Positions 24,396 through 36,711 of a stretch of DNA of 64,000 nt are shown piece after piece (the stretch's first letter is position 1; each line of letters opens with the position of its first letter). Location of the stretch: NCBI RefSeq assembly GCF_000143415.4, contig NW_003314319.1, positions 258,115-322,114 on the forward strand. The letters are read 5' to 3'. A program made the translations under genes and the position numbers. The notes under the pieces are model-generated. The model had not been told where the DNA came from and did no database searches. It was given only the letters and a program-made list of their open reading frames with translations. The stretch comes from Selaginella moellendorffii (taxonomy: Eukaryota > Plantae > Lycopodiophyta).

Positions 24396-26311
24396 ATGCT
24401 CTTGAAGATCGCGAGGACTCGCATTTCCCTCGCGCGCTACACGAGGAGTTCCTTTTGCTCCAGTGCCGCGCACGAAAGATCGGTAAGTTCTCGAGCTCTC
24501 CCTGTAGAAAATCTCTTCTCTAGAGAAAGATCTAAAATCTCTTGGAAAACTCTCAGGAAGCTCGGGAGGCTTCAAGGAAGCGAATCAAGCTCCAGCGCCT
24601 CGAGGAGAAGTCGCGGCGGCGCAAATTCCTGGCAGCTCTCAAAGACTGCAAGGATCTCGGCAAGCTCGTCCAGCTCCACGCCGAGGCAGCGCAAACCGGC
24701 GATGACACCAACGTTTTCGTGGCGAGCGCGCTCATCGGCAGCTATGCCAAGCTCGGCAGCGTGGCGGACGCTCGCAAAGTCTTTGACAAGCTCCCACAGC
24801 CCGACCTTGTGTCGTGGACGGCGCTCCTGGCCGGGTACGCTGACCGCGGTGATGCGCAAGAGGTTTTACGTTTGTTCCTGCGAATGCAGGCTCAGGGATG
24901 CGTGCCGGATGCCCGAGCTTTCGTGCTCGCGGCCAAAGCTTGCGGTGCGCTAGCGTCGAGCGAGCAAGGCACGCAGCTTGGAGGTGGCAAGGCCGTGAAA
25001 GCTGTAGCTCTGGAGCAAGGAATGGCGATCCACGCTCAAGCCGAGAGCGCTGGCTGTGAGAAGGAGCTCTTCGTTGGAAGCATGTTAGTCGACATGTACA
25101 CGAAGTGTGGGAGCACTCTGGATGCTCGACGGGTTTTCGACAGGATGGAGGGACACGACGTGGTTTCATGGACTGCTCTCGTGCTTGGCTATGCCGAGAG
25201 TGGTGAAGCGGAGATGGCACTGGAAGTTTTCTCGCGGGCTCAGCGGAGACAAGGCTGCGAACCGAATGCTCGGACGTTTCTAGCAGTGATCAAGGCTTGC
25301 TCTAGCTTGGCTGCGAAGGAAGAAGGGACACAGTTCGAGGGGAGGCTCGTCAAGTTGAAGACTCTCAAGAGGGGCATGGCTCTTCATTCCCAAGCTCTCT
25401 GCAGTGGCTGCTGCGAGTTCGATGCTTTCGTCGCGAGTACGGTGGTGGACATGTATGGGAAGTGTGGGAGCTTGGTGGACGCAAGGATGACTTTCGACAG
25501 GACTCCATTTCTCGACGTTGTTCTGTGGAACGCTTTGATGCGGGCTTGCGCGGAAAACAACGAGGAGCGCTTGACGCTCGAGCTCCTGCGGTGCATGAGG
25601 AGCGGAGGTCCATCTCCGGACGAGCAGAGCTTTGCGGTCGGTCTCGGCGCATGCAGCAGCACCGCAGCACTGGAAACTGGCAAGGCGATCCACTCGGAGA
25701 TTTGCAGAGATGGTGTGGAGAGCGACGCGGTTGTAGCAAACTGTCTGCTGGATTTCTACGCCAAGTGTGGGAACATGGTGGACGCTCATCGGATTCTCGA
25801 GGCAAACCACAGGAGGACCGCGACATGGACGTCGCTCATCGCAGGATACAGCCGCCAAGGCGACTCCAAACAGGTGTTCGAGCTCTTCCACGCTATGGAG
25901 GACGAAGGCCTGGAGATCGACTGCGTCACTCTCGTCTGTGTCCTCACCGCTTGCAGCCACGCCGGCCGCGTCGAGCAAGGCAAGAAGCTGTTCCAGGAGA
26001 TGAGCTCCAAGCATGGGATCACTCCAGGGGAGGAGCACTACGTGTGCATGGTCGATATGCTGGGCCGAGCGAATCGACTGGACGAAGCAGTGGGCTTGCT
26101 CGAGAGGATGCCGCACAGGCCGAGCTCGGTAGCGTGGAGGGCAGTGCTGGCGGCCTGCAAGAAGTGGAAGAATGTGGGCTTGGGAAAGGTGGCTTTTGAG
26201 TCATTGCTGGAGCTCGGAGAGCGTGATCCGGCAACTTACGACTTGATGGCAAGCATATATGGGAGTTCATCATCATCATCATCAACCAAAGAGACAACGA
26301 GATCTCCATGA
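24396..26311 (+). CDS. PLS-class PPR protein, truncated E domain, no DYW; join(24396-24482, 24557-26311)
   Basis: Exon 1 MLLKIARTRISLARYTRSSFCSS resembles a mitochondrial presequence; phase-0 GTAAGT...CAG intron; VDMYxKCG and VSWTAL repeats; HYVCMVDMLGRA. Confidence 0.9.
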
Positions 26312-26372
26312 AAAAGAGGTGTTTGTCTTTCTTTTCTTTGGTTTTCTATTCAGAGCTACCCTAAACACAGGT

Positions 26373-26777
26373 ATGGCGGAGGCTGTGATCGTAGGCGCCT
26401 TGGCTCCCGGTGTCAATGTGAGTGCTTTCTTCGTTTTTTTGTTTCTTCGCTGCGATGATGGCTTGAGGTCGTGTGTTTGCAGAGACCAACATGGACGGCT
26501 TTTAGAAACGTGATGATCTCCTTGTCCGTGGTTCTAGCCGTGCAGCTTGCAATCGCAGTGCAGTGGAGCAGTAACGAGCTGCTGCTCCATGTCTGCTGCC
26601 TCACAGCTCTCGCAGCAACGCTCTTCCTTCTCCTCAAATGGTAAGGCCGTCTTCTTTGTGCTCTTACAAAAGTTCGTTCTTGCGGCTTCTTCTATCAGGT
26701 TTGTCTCCGAGACTGGACTGGTTACTGTCCAGCAGCAAATGGACGAGCTCGGAGCTCTCAACAACAAGGCACAGTGA
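26373..26777 (+). CDS. 93-aa two-TM membrane protein, PKR1-like (V-ATPase assembly factor family); join(26373-26417, 26483-26640, 26699-26777)
   Basis: Two GT-AG introns give MAEAVIVGALAPGVNRPTWTAF...LLLHVCCLTALAATLFLLLKWFVSETGLVTVQQQMDELG; family assignment from memory. Confidence 0.75.
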
Positions 26778-26862
26778 GAGCTTGGTTACGTTGGCCGGTT
26801 CAAGCTTCTCGGTTAGGAGATAAGCACGAGTGGATAGACAAAAGGGGTGGGAGGCATTGGCT

Positions 26863-27372
26863 ATGGCGACGGCAGGCTCAACCTTCGTCACCATTCCAAA
26901 CTCACGCGTCAGGCATTGTTCCTGGCAGCACAAGAGCAAGCAATTGGGTCTCCAGGTACGTGCAGTGAGCAGCGAGGAGGAAGAGTTTGAGGCCCGGCTA
27001 GCAAGGATCCAGAGGAAGTCCGCTGCTGGAAAGAAGGCTGCGGCACGCAAGGCGAAGAAACTGGAAGGCAGCGGGGGCGCCAGCAAAGGAGGCAAGGCGT
27101 TGTTGCTACCGCCGGTGCCTCTCGAGGATGCCATCTCGGAGGGTCTAGTGGTGGAGCTCGGGTTTAATCCATACACCGAGAGGCTCAATGGAAGGTTTGC
27201 GATGCTCGGCTTGGCGGCGCTGCTCCTGGTAGAGCTAGCAACGGGCAGCAGCTTTGTCAAGTACCATGAAGCAGCGATAATTGGGATCCAGGCCTACACC
27301 ATGCTCGCCATAGCTGCGTTATTTGTCAAGTATGAGAAGGAGAAGAGAAGTGTTTGGCCGCCCCAGGCCTGA
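26863..27372 (+). CDS. Two-helix light-harvesting-like stress-enhanced protein (SEP/LIL family), plastid
   Basis: Transit-peptide-like start, chlorophyll-binding motif ERLNGRFAMLG, second hydrophobic helix. Confidence 0.88.
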   Translation: MATAGSTFVTIPNSRVRHCSWQHKSKQLGLQVRAVSSEEEEFEARLARIQRKSAAGKKAAARKAKKLEGSGGASKGGKALLLPPVPLEDAISEGLVVELGFNPYTERLNGRFAMLGLAALLLVELATGSSFVKYHEAAIIGIQAYTMLAIAALFVKYEKEKRSVWPPQA

Positions 27373-27661
27373 TGATTCGTGAAGAAAAGTTGAGCTCCAG
27401 CCATTCGCTGATTGTTCTTGGTCCATCATCGTGATGATAAAACGATCAAACTCTATATATGACATCTCCAGTGAGGTGTGAGATGGGGTCACAAAGCCCT
27501 CTCTGGCGTTGCAAAATTCCAGCCCAGACCTCATTGCCTTCCTCAGTGAATTGGCAGTAATACGAGCATGAAACTGATCCTTGGGGTCAATCCACACAAA
27601 AAGTTAAGTTGAATAGCCACTTTTATGGTACCTTGGAGGATTTAATCATGGTTCCATCCAG

Positions 27662-27903
27662 ATCTTGAGCAATAGAAAATACAAGAGCATTAAACACCAA
27701 GTCCTTGTCCAACATGATCAAACTCACCTCTCCATTGTGGCATTTTGCAATCCATCCCAGGATGTTGTGATAAGGCCTCTACCAAAACTTATTAATGAGA
27801 AATCCACCAATCTACAAGTCAATTTTGTATGAGGAGCACATCACAAATATCCACAAAATATTTGGATGGCAAACATTCTGAAAAACATCAAATTTATAAC
27901 TAA
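27662..27903 (+). pseudogene. Isolated decayed last exon of a 2OG-Fe(II) dioxygenase
   Basis: Close nucleotide match to 44045-44287 with frameshifts; preceded by an intron remnant. Confidence 0.88.
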
Positions 27904-28051
27904 GCCAACAAGAACAAATACAGCAGATCTCTCAAATTTCTGTCACTACTTAAATAACAAACTTATAATAGTTAAACATTTTTTTTTATATATATATATA
28001 TATATATAATCATATTGTCTGTAAGGATTCAGAAAAATTCTCACAGCACAA

Positions 28052-30125
28052 TATGGCAGCTCCAGCAAGAGCAATGGATCTGTGGAAGAACTGGGACACC
28101 GTCTCAAGGCATGTGCCAGGAGCAAAGATCTCGACGAGGACAGCTCCATGCTTGTTTCCAATCTCCGCCATTGCAAGTTCCTGGCGGATTATCTGGTGCT
28201 CATGTATGGCGCTTGCGGGGAACTGCAGCAGGCCTTGGAGATCTTCTCCTCTATCCCGAACCCTGACACCAGATCATGCAAAATTATGCTCAATGTCTAC
28301 AACCACAATAGCTGACTGAAAGAAGCCAAGATCAAGTCCCCCTACCTGACGCAGTTTCTTAGAACTCCATGATTATTGCAAATGCCCAGACCGGGTATTT
28401 TGAAGACGCTCGATTGATTCGACGGCATGCACGGGCAGGATCTAATCACCTGGAACTTGATGATAACCGCGTTTGCACGGTCCCTTGATCTGGCTAGAAA
28501 GTTCTTTGACAGGATGCCTAAGCGGAACGAGGTAGCATGGAACTGCCTAATTTCCACATTTGCCAAATGGACCTTCGTCTGGAGGTTTCCAAGGCCCTGT
28601 TTGACGTTATGCCGTAACAGAATTCTTTTTCGTGGACAAGGATATTCAATGCGTATGCCCAGCCGGGCATATACTTGGCGCCCTGTGTTTAAGAGGATGC
28701 CACTTCATGATGCCATGTTGTCAACGGCCATGATCACTGCGTTTGTGCAAAATGGAATGGATGTAGTCATTTCAGTTGAAGAAGTCAGCACTTGATATAG
28801 AGGACAAGTTCTGCAAGCCAGTGTTCAAGGGATAATTAGTCTTTGCATTTAGAATTTCTTTAACAGCCAAGAATTTTTTTATATTGTAAATTGCACATGG
28901 TTTCTCTAAAACTGAGTCCTTAAGGTTTTGAAAAGGCAAATTCAATAACCAATAAATAAGTACGTGCATGGAGATAATTTGATGATTTTACTGTACGCCA
29001 AGACGGTGCATCTTGGTCAGGCAAAAGAGATGTTTTGATTCAACACAAGGCAAAGCAATAAGTACCTGGAATGTTCTGGCAAAATCATTTCTACAGAATG
29101 GTAAGATTGACATGACAAGGATGATGTTTGATAAAATGCCATGCAGAAGCTTAGTGTTGTGGAACATCGCAGTGTCAGCCTATGCTCAAAGCAGTGTGTT
29201 GATCGCACAAAGTTTATGTTTGATCAAAAGAAACGTGATCTCCTGGACTGCTTTGATGTCATCTGGCGCGCAGAACAGCTCCATTAATCTTGTGAATATC
29301 ATGTTCGAGAAAATGCCTTTCTGCAATGTCGTCTCCTGGAATGCTGTTGTTGCAGCAAATGCCCAACTTGGATACGTTGAAGAAATGAACGTGCTTTGAT
29401 GCGGATCCATTTTCGTGGAACTCGCTACTTTCCGGGTTTTCTCAAGCGGGGCATCGCTCAAGCCTTGCAGGTCCAAAACACTGTGTCATCTCATCTAAAT
29501 GTAGAGCTCGTGGCATTTGGGACGAATGGCTGCTTGGAAATCCATGCCTGAGAGAACCCTAGTATCTTGGAACACCATGATCGCAGTCTACTGCCAATTC
29601 TCCTGCTTGGATGAGGCCAGGCTCGCATTCGACAGAATGCTACAGAGGCACGTTGTGTCATGGAGCTCAGTGATCAAGGGGCTCTCTCACTGCGGCAGTC
29701 TCGCGATGTCACAGCATGGAACATCATGACCTCAGCCTACGAGCAAAACGGCTTCTTTCAGGAAGCTCTCACAACTTTCCATAAAATGCTTGTCCGGGAC
29801 CTCGTATCGTGGAATGCCATATCAAGGCTCATGCGCCAGCAGGCGAAGCCCTCTTTCTCTTCCGGATGATGAACTTGGCCTGGTGCAGACATGCCGGGCT
29901 TGTCAATGAGGCGTTGACACAGTTTGTGCCAATGCTGACTTTGGGTTGACTCTCACGCGGTTGCTGCGTTGTTGACATTTTGGCGAGGTCTGGGCAGCTT
30001 GATAGTGCCGAGGAGGTGACAGACAAGATGCCGTTTGGCGCCCATGGAGAACGATGATCTGGCAGCTCGGGCAGCTGAGAAAATTGTGGTGTTTAAGCCT
30101 GAATGTGGCTCTCCATATGTGTTGG
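28052..30125 (+). pseudogene. PLS-class PPR pseudogene(s)
   Basis: Fragments such as LVLMYGACG, DLITWNLMI, FDKMP, VSWNTMI, CRHAGLV in shifting frames with stops. Confidence 0.85.
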
Positions 30126-31291
30126 TTACCAACCTTCATAATCCAGTTGAGGCGTGGCAATCCTGATGTTGCCGGTGTTGGAAGTCAACGCTGATAGATC
30201 TCCTTCAAACTGGTTGTGCGAGAGATCCAAGTGAACCAGCTGGTGGAACTGGCCGAAATCCATGTCTTGTTTTCCAAGCTTGACCTTGCCACCATGAGAA
30301 TGGAGAGGCTCGAAGACTTGCCCAGAGAAGCTGGAAGGCTGCCAACCAGAAGATTTTCTGACAAGTCCAAGTAGTAGAGCTGTGCGCCTCCCAGGCCTAG
30401 GAGGTATTTCTCCCGAGAACTGGTTTAGCTTTCCAAGGCAAGATGGTATTGAGTTCGAGGACAAATCACTTGCTGATGCTTGTCAGGTTGCAAGTTTGTG
30501 GGAGCGAGCCCCAGAGGTTATTTCTCGCGAGATCCAAAGTGCCAAGGTTCCTAGCTTGTTGGTCGAAATAAGAAAGAACTGAAGCTGCTCAAGCTTGGAA
30601 ATTTCCGGCGGAAACTGGCCACTGAAATTGTTCACGCCCATGTCAATGCGGCTCATGTTGACGCACAAGGACAAAGAAACAGGAACTTCCCATGCAGCAT
30701 GTTGAATGCCACGTCAAAGTTTGTCAGCGCGCTCAAATTTCATTCCTGGGATGAGGAGATGAGCTTCAAAAACCTGGCAAGTAGCTGAAGTCTTGCGATG
30801 GAATGCTGCCTGTTATCTGGTTGAAGCCTAGTTCCAGAACCTCCATACGACTCCATCGGCCTGGAAACCGTAGCTAAATGATTCCAACTTGTTCGCAGCA
30901 AGGCGTAAAACCCACAAGACTCTCGTGCGCAAAGAGAAAAGTTGGAACTTCTCCTTCGATGTCATTCCTCTTCCAGGAATTTGAGAGATTCACAAAGTCC
31001 CTTGGTACGGAACTGTCCCAAAAAGCTTGGAAGCTGGCCAGTGAGACGATTGCCACAGCAGGAAAGCTTCTCAAGCCTTGAGCACCGTGCTAGGCTAGAG
31101 GGAATCTCACCATCAAGTAAGTTCACATCAAGAGAAAGACTTTGCAGCATGGAGGGCTGGCCCAGAGACTCCGGGATCTTTCCTTGGAGATTGTTGAGCG
31201 TGAGATCGAGTGACTGTAGCCTCGGGCAGTTACCCAAGGTCGATGGAATCTTCCCCGACAAATAATTGTACGATAAATCAGACATGATCAA
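30126..31291 (-). pseudogene. LRR receptor-like protein pseudogene
   Basis: High similarity to about 56830-58270 (e.g. IPSTLGNC.RLQSLDLT.NNL.GKIPESLGQ) with deletions and frameshifts. Confidence 0.92.
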
Positions 31292-32399
31292 CCTAGTATT
31301 GCCAAGTGATAGTGAGGATTATTTTAAAGAAAAAAACCACATGATATTGAACATCGGTGCCAGTGGGTGAAGTGTGTACTGTCATACACCAAAGCAACCA
31401 AGGAGGTAACATCAGACATCTAAGCTTCACATGGCCAGTGGCAATGGACATCTCAACCTACTGTATATCTCTTAAAGATTTTAATGACAAAAAATGCTGC
31501 AATTGCTACAGTCAGTTAATGCTTAGCTTCCAAAAGAAAAAAGAAGAAACAACCTCTTTCAATTAACAGCGTATGTGTGTGAGTGTGTGTGGATTCACAC
31601 CCTCTGTAGATATGGAACAATAGATTCGTCTCTTCCTCGCCATAGCCTTGCAATTGGCCAGTGAAAGCTTATAACAACATGTTTGATCAGTCGGTAGCTA
31701 CTTGGCCCGCTCTTCTTTAATTTAATACGTGTTCAAATATAGCGACGAGCTTTCAGGTTATACTTAACCAACGTTTAAGTTTGATGCAGCTCTTCACGTA
31801 AATTCAGTGCGTTCTGAAGCAACTGGAGTCTGACATCTGAGGTCGCGGAGGGCAGTCCAGACGTTTCTCATCCCGACCCTTGAACTCTCAGGTACACGGT
31901 GTTTTGATTCTATTTAAATTACGATGTAAACGTGGTGATGCAAGCTCAGATCCTTGATCTCGAAACTCTAGGCAGTTTGCCTGAATCCAAAACCTTTCAG
32001 GCGCACTGAAACTTAATTTGTGATATGGGTGACAAAACTCAATTCTATCCTTGGGGCCAACGGTCTCAGTGTAGCATTATCTCCTTAACTGGGATGGTCT
32101 CCAGGTCTGGCTACTCTAGTGAAATCGATTGAGATAGCTATTGACTCTCGTTGCCTCTATTTCTGAAATGACCAGGAGTTGTTCCAATTCTATTCTAGAT
32201 GATTAGGCATGTAGTTTCTAACTGAGATGGAATGGAAAAATGTCCGTCTCTTCCTCGCCATAGTTTAGAGCTCTGCATCTAGTGCCATGTCCAAACCTCG
32301 ATCGAGTGTCTAGAGTGATGCTCGGAGCAACCCAGTCCCGAAACTAATGTCCAACATCCAAGCAGTGGTTGTTCCCCCTGCTGCCTACAGATAGATATG

Positions 32400-32990
32400 A
32401 GCAGATCGTAGTGAAGGAATAAATTGAAGAGTACATGCAGAGGCCATACCTGAAGATTTCTTCTCTTTTGTGCTGATCTTGGCCAGCAACGAAAAGAAAA
32501 GGTAAACCATATATATGTAAACGTCCAAATTTATTCAGATATTTGCAATGTCTGACATTGCCCAAAGTACATAAACATATTCGAGTCAGGCACTCATTCC
32601 AGAATGATGTTCACAGTTTTGCCACCCACCATGACATAGAGCTTGGGATCATTGGTAACAACCAGCTGATATTCAAGTCCTTCCATCTGGCTAATCCCAT
32701 TCTACCACAGCACAACATTGCCACCATTCTTTTCGATGCTAAAAGTGGCGTCCTCATGCAGTGTTAAATAGTAGCCACCACTGCGTTTCCAACCTTCTTA
32801 CCGCTTGCTATGACATCGCCGTCATTGCTCATGAGCAAGAGCAAGCCTTGTAGCGCGCGTTTGGGGACACAAGCACTTCATTCGTAGTCAGCTTCTCTCC
32901 AACATTGAGAGCCTTGAGGACAGTGGGCGAACCAGCCATTACCTTCACAAACTCACACTGGAGACAACAAGCAACAACAAAGTCAATAGA
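32400..32990 (-). pseudogene. Bulb-type (GNA-like) lectin pseudogene
   Basis: Hydrophobic leader, then LNVGEKLTTNEVLVSPNARYK...LMSNDGDV...YYLTLHEDATFSIEKNGGNVVLW, with stops and frameshifts. Confidence 0.5.
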
Positions 32991-34048
32991 TGCCGGATAG
33001 AAAGCCCCTGGAGGGCTGCAATAACAATATATAGCCTGGACAGCGTAGATTGATTATACTGACCCTGGGGCGTTGAACATCTACAGTTGCCATATAATAA
33101 TAATAACAGCTATTTCACGCCACGAAAGGCGCATCAGACTATCCTATCTACCACTAGTGTGGAGTTGGGGACGGGTTCAACGATGGCAAGCACATCGTGC
33201 AGGTTTGTGGTAGCAGTGAGGTACTCACAAAGTGGTCGTTGCCGTTGTTAGAGGAAGACGAGAGAGCGAGAGAGTTTCACATGGCCAGTGACAATGGACA
33301 TTTGTGTTTATGTCGATTTTGACGAGATGTTGCTGGTCTGGTGGGAGTGGAAGATGGAGACTCAAAGAGCAGATCTGGTGTTTCTGCACCAAAGAAAAAG
33401 AAACCAAGATTGGGCAAGAAGGGCCTGGGCATATAGAAAACCAAGGTTTGCTATTCACTTACCACAGATTTCAGGAAACTAGGCAAGTTCAAAAAGAAAA
33501 GGAAATGATAAACAAAGAGGAGAAGTGCAAGCTTCAAAGAGTGAGCATTAGATTCACAAGCAAAAACAGGTACTAGAAATTTTTCGAAACTCATTCAAGG
33601 TCTGCCCAGCATTTCAAGATTTAGAGGTAGAAAGGTTCCGTCTTCGCCTCTCCAAAATCTGATGAACTTTAAGCTAGATCGCTCATGCTAAGCATTGCAG
33701 TCAAACAGCTCACATTGAGGACTAGGGTAAGCACATGAGTTAAATATATATATATTTTTTTGTTGTTGTTAAATGATGTGACATTGGCACAAAACTGAGT
33801 GGAGCATCGTAGCACTCGACCTTTCCGGACAGTCAGAGACGCTGAACTAAAGAAGTAGATCATAGACTGACAATGGAGGTCTTAATCGCCATCACAACTT
33901 CAAGCGTGACATAATAGCTTTCTGATGGAACGTCAATTTGTGCATGAGACGTGTCAAACATTTCTTTTGATTTTTCTGCCTCCCTGTACAATCGCCGGCT
34001 AGTCATGTGATAAATAACCTTCAGCAGGACGGCGTTTCTCAAAAAGCC

Positions 34049-34738
34049 ATGGCCTCAAAGGATTCTGAGCAGGTGAACCTTGCCGATGCTCAAAAGCTGT
34101 GGAATGCATTGCGAGGTATTCCAGGTCTCAGCGATGGGGACGCATTCATCCATTTCCTGCGCATTTTGCACTTGGGGATGTTGGTTCGCCAGGCTCCTAT
34201 TGAGCATGCAAAGCAGGGGCAAGTGAGCGATGTGCTGTGCTGTGGAGTCACGGAACAAGGAACAAGAGTTGTGGGTGCTAACGTTCGTTTGAGGATGGAC
34301 ATGGCAGGGGGTAGACCAAATCCAGTAAGCATCAAGGATGTGGAGAAGAGGCTGGGAGTTCAAGTCTCAGCTTTTGATGATGACACCCATTCCAGGCTCC
34401 ACTTGGCACTTCTGGACGAGGATAAAGAGGCCAAGCCCAGTAAGGGCCGCGACTTCGAGAACTGTGCGGAGCATGCTGTGTTCGAGAAGCTGGCACGAGT
34501 GAATGAGTCGGCTGATACAACTTACGCCGTGCAGAAGCACCAGAAGAAGAAAGGCGAATCTAAAGTCGTGTGCGTCAAACGATGTGTAAACTGTCTCAAA
34601 GCTGGAGGTGCAAGTAGTAGCAGTGGAGGACCTTTCGGACAGACTCCACGTCTGGGAGCCATAGTGACGGACCATGACAGCATCGCTGGCTTAAGTGTTC
34701 CCATCAACACCATGCCCGTGATGGTGTTTATCAGGTGA
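34049..34738 (+). CDS. 229-aa intronless protein with a zinc-dependent deaminase-like signature
   Basis: Open frame in good ATG context (GCCATGG); VLCCGV-RVVGAN strands, NCAEH at 34460-34474, KRCVNC at 34577-34594. Confidence 0.65.
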   Translation: MASKDSEQVNLADAQKLWNALRGIPGLSDGDAFIHFLRILHLGMLVRQAPIEHAKQGQVSDVLCCGVTEQGTRVVGANVRLRMDMAGGRPNPVSIKDVEKRLGVQVSAFDDDTHSRLHLALLDEDKEAKPSKGRDFENCAEHAVFEKLARVNESADTTYAVQKHQKKKGESKVVCVKRCVNCLKAGGASSSSGGPFGQTPRLGAIVTDHDSIAGLSVPINTMPVMVFIR

Positions 34739-36711
34739 ATCTCCCGCTGTTTGTACGCGTTCTATAGATGCTTTTGTTTATACAGGTCTGTGTTTCGCGC
34801 TTTGAGGGAGAGGGAGAGTGAGCGTGCCCGTGTACTCGGGCTGTTCCCGTACCTCCAAGTTTGGCACGACCTCAGCATGAGCCAGGCTACACCATGTGCA
34901 ATCGATGGATCTGATGAACCTCCGCGCCCAAAACCAAAACACTAATTGCGTATATGGTGTGGTATTAATTCCATAAGGAAACGTGTGAAGTTAATAAGTA
35001 TATAAGCTGTCCTAGATAAATTTCCTTGATTATTCCTTGGTCACGCTCTCTCCAAAAAATCAAATCATCAAAACGAACCTGGAAATTTGGTTGCAGATAA
35101 AAATAATGGAAACTCTGTATGTGAATTGCTGCGGAGAATTCGACAATGCAGCATGTCAGGTGGCTACGCTCAGAGCAAGCAAGTTACAGAAAATGTAGAC
35201 TGCAAATGCAATGCTGGCAGCATACGAACCATGCTGGCTCGTAACCTCTTCCTAGACCATTCTCATGCTATGCCCTGGCTGAAGCTATATTAATCTTCCA
35301 AGGGAAGGGATGCTATGGTCTTTGTGCGCCTGTTGCAGCCGCCTGAGAAACCTTCCAAAGTATGACGGCCGACATCCACATTCAACCGAATTAGTTCTGC
35401 ATGGTCGATCTGTTCGGTACAACACGACTTCTGTTTGTTCCCAAAGGATATCTATGCCTGGGAGATCCTACCCGCCTCCTGTACAAACATGCTGGCCCAG
35501 CACTAATATGTACGTGATGCTCGAGAAGCAGAAGCCAAATGTGCTCACTGCTGCTGCTGTAATATCTGTCTCAGTGCATTTACAATATGAGGAACCGTTG
35601 CCGGACCCGGCTGCACCCATGCTCGTTTTTAACTGTGCCATTTGAAGCTGAAACGCCTTCTTTCCCAACCGGGTTAAGCAATCCGGCGGTTCTATCCGCA
35701 AAAATCTCAGGTGTGCCGCCAGCTGCAGTGCCCTGGAACAAGATCAGGAGAGAGATTTTATAGGGTATGTACATGGTTAAATGGGGAGCTGGAACACCAT
35801 AGCCTCAATTGAGATTGTTCAGTACGGATTGACAATGCACCAGATGCTCCATTCCTTTGTTCAGCACTAGCTGTCACAGCTCTGTGGATCCGGCTGGCTC
35901 GAGAACGCCTTTCTTGGCCTTTGCCTCACGAACCATTTCGAAATTGCTGCGAACATAGAGATGCCAAGCGACTCTCAGGCGTCTTGATCCTGGAGAAAAT
36001 CGAAAGTCAAGTTACAAACATATGCAAACAATTGGATGAAATCGAACCTCAGCCCAGACGCTGCTGCATTCGGCTTTTCAAATAAACTGTATCTCTTTTA
36101 GTTCTGGCAAGGCCCAGACCAGCAGCCGGCTCTCCGGAACGAATATCCGAATGAGAACGAGAAGCCTGCCATCCCTACGGCTTAACGAGCAGACTTGTAA
36201 ATCTCGAATATGACGGATCCAGGTAGCTGCATTTGGCTTCGTGCTGCTGGAAGCGGCTGTGCTGTGTCCAATGCTGGGTGCCTTCGTGTCCTGCCCAAAG
36301 GGTCACCGTTTCAAGATCTGCGCTTCATGCGGGCAACAAAATAAGGCTGGTCTTGTCTCCCACGAGCTCACTCTACTGGTATGTGCTTCAATTATCTGCA
36401 TTTCTCATCCGCAGACATGGACTTGAGTGTAAAGCTCCTCATTGTAGGATCTTTGCTGCTCATGGAGCTTGCTGTGCTGGTGCAACTATGGGTGACCATC
36501 AAGCAAGAAAAGAGACAGCACTTTTCAGTGAAGATGGAATCGATGCCGCAATTCTGGTGAATGCTTCCAGCTTGCTTCCTTTGTTCTTCTTAAAAGAGCG
36601 TCCAGGGTGCATGGATGCAGAAGGACTTGCAGATCCAGCAAACTTACGGCCCGATAGCACTAAATTCAAGCGAGACCTGGATGCTCGTGCAAAAGAAGAA
36701 GAGGAACTCTT

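Noticed and set aside
25280-26199. Long antisense or alternate-frame ORFs over GC-rich genes (also 36233-36970, 37656-38351, 57061-57711)
   Set aside because: Shadow ORFs of real PPR and LRR coding sequence
31600-32340. Box C/D snoRNA cluster
   Set aside because: Scattered TGATG and CTGA words without a canonical C box, terminal stems or a recognisable rRNA guide
35300-36700. DYW domain or separate gene downstream of the PPR pseudogene
   Set aside because: No HxE, CxxC or DYW motif found; fragments are coding-like but cannot be assigned
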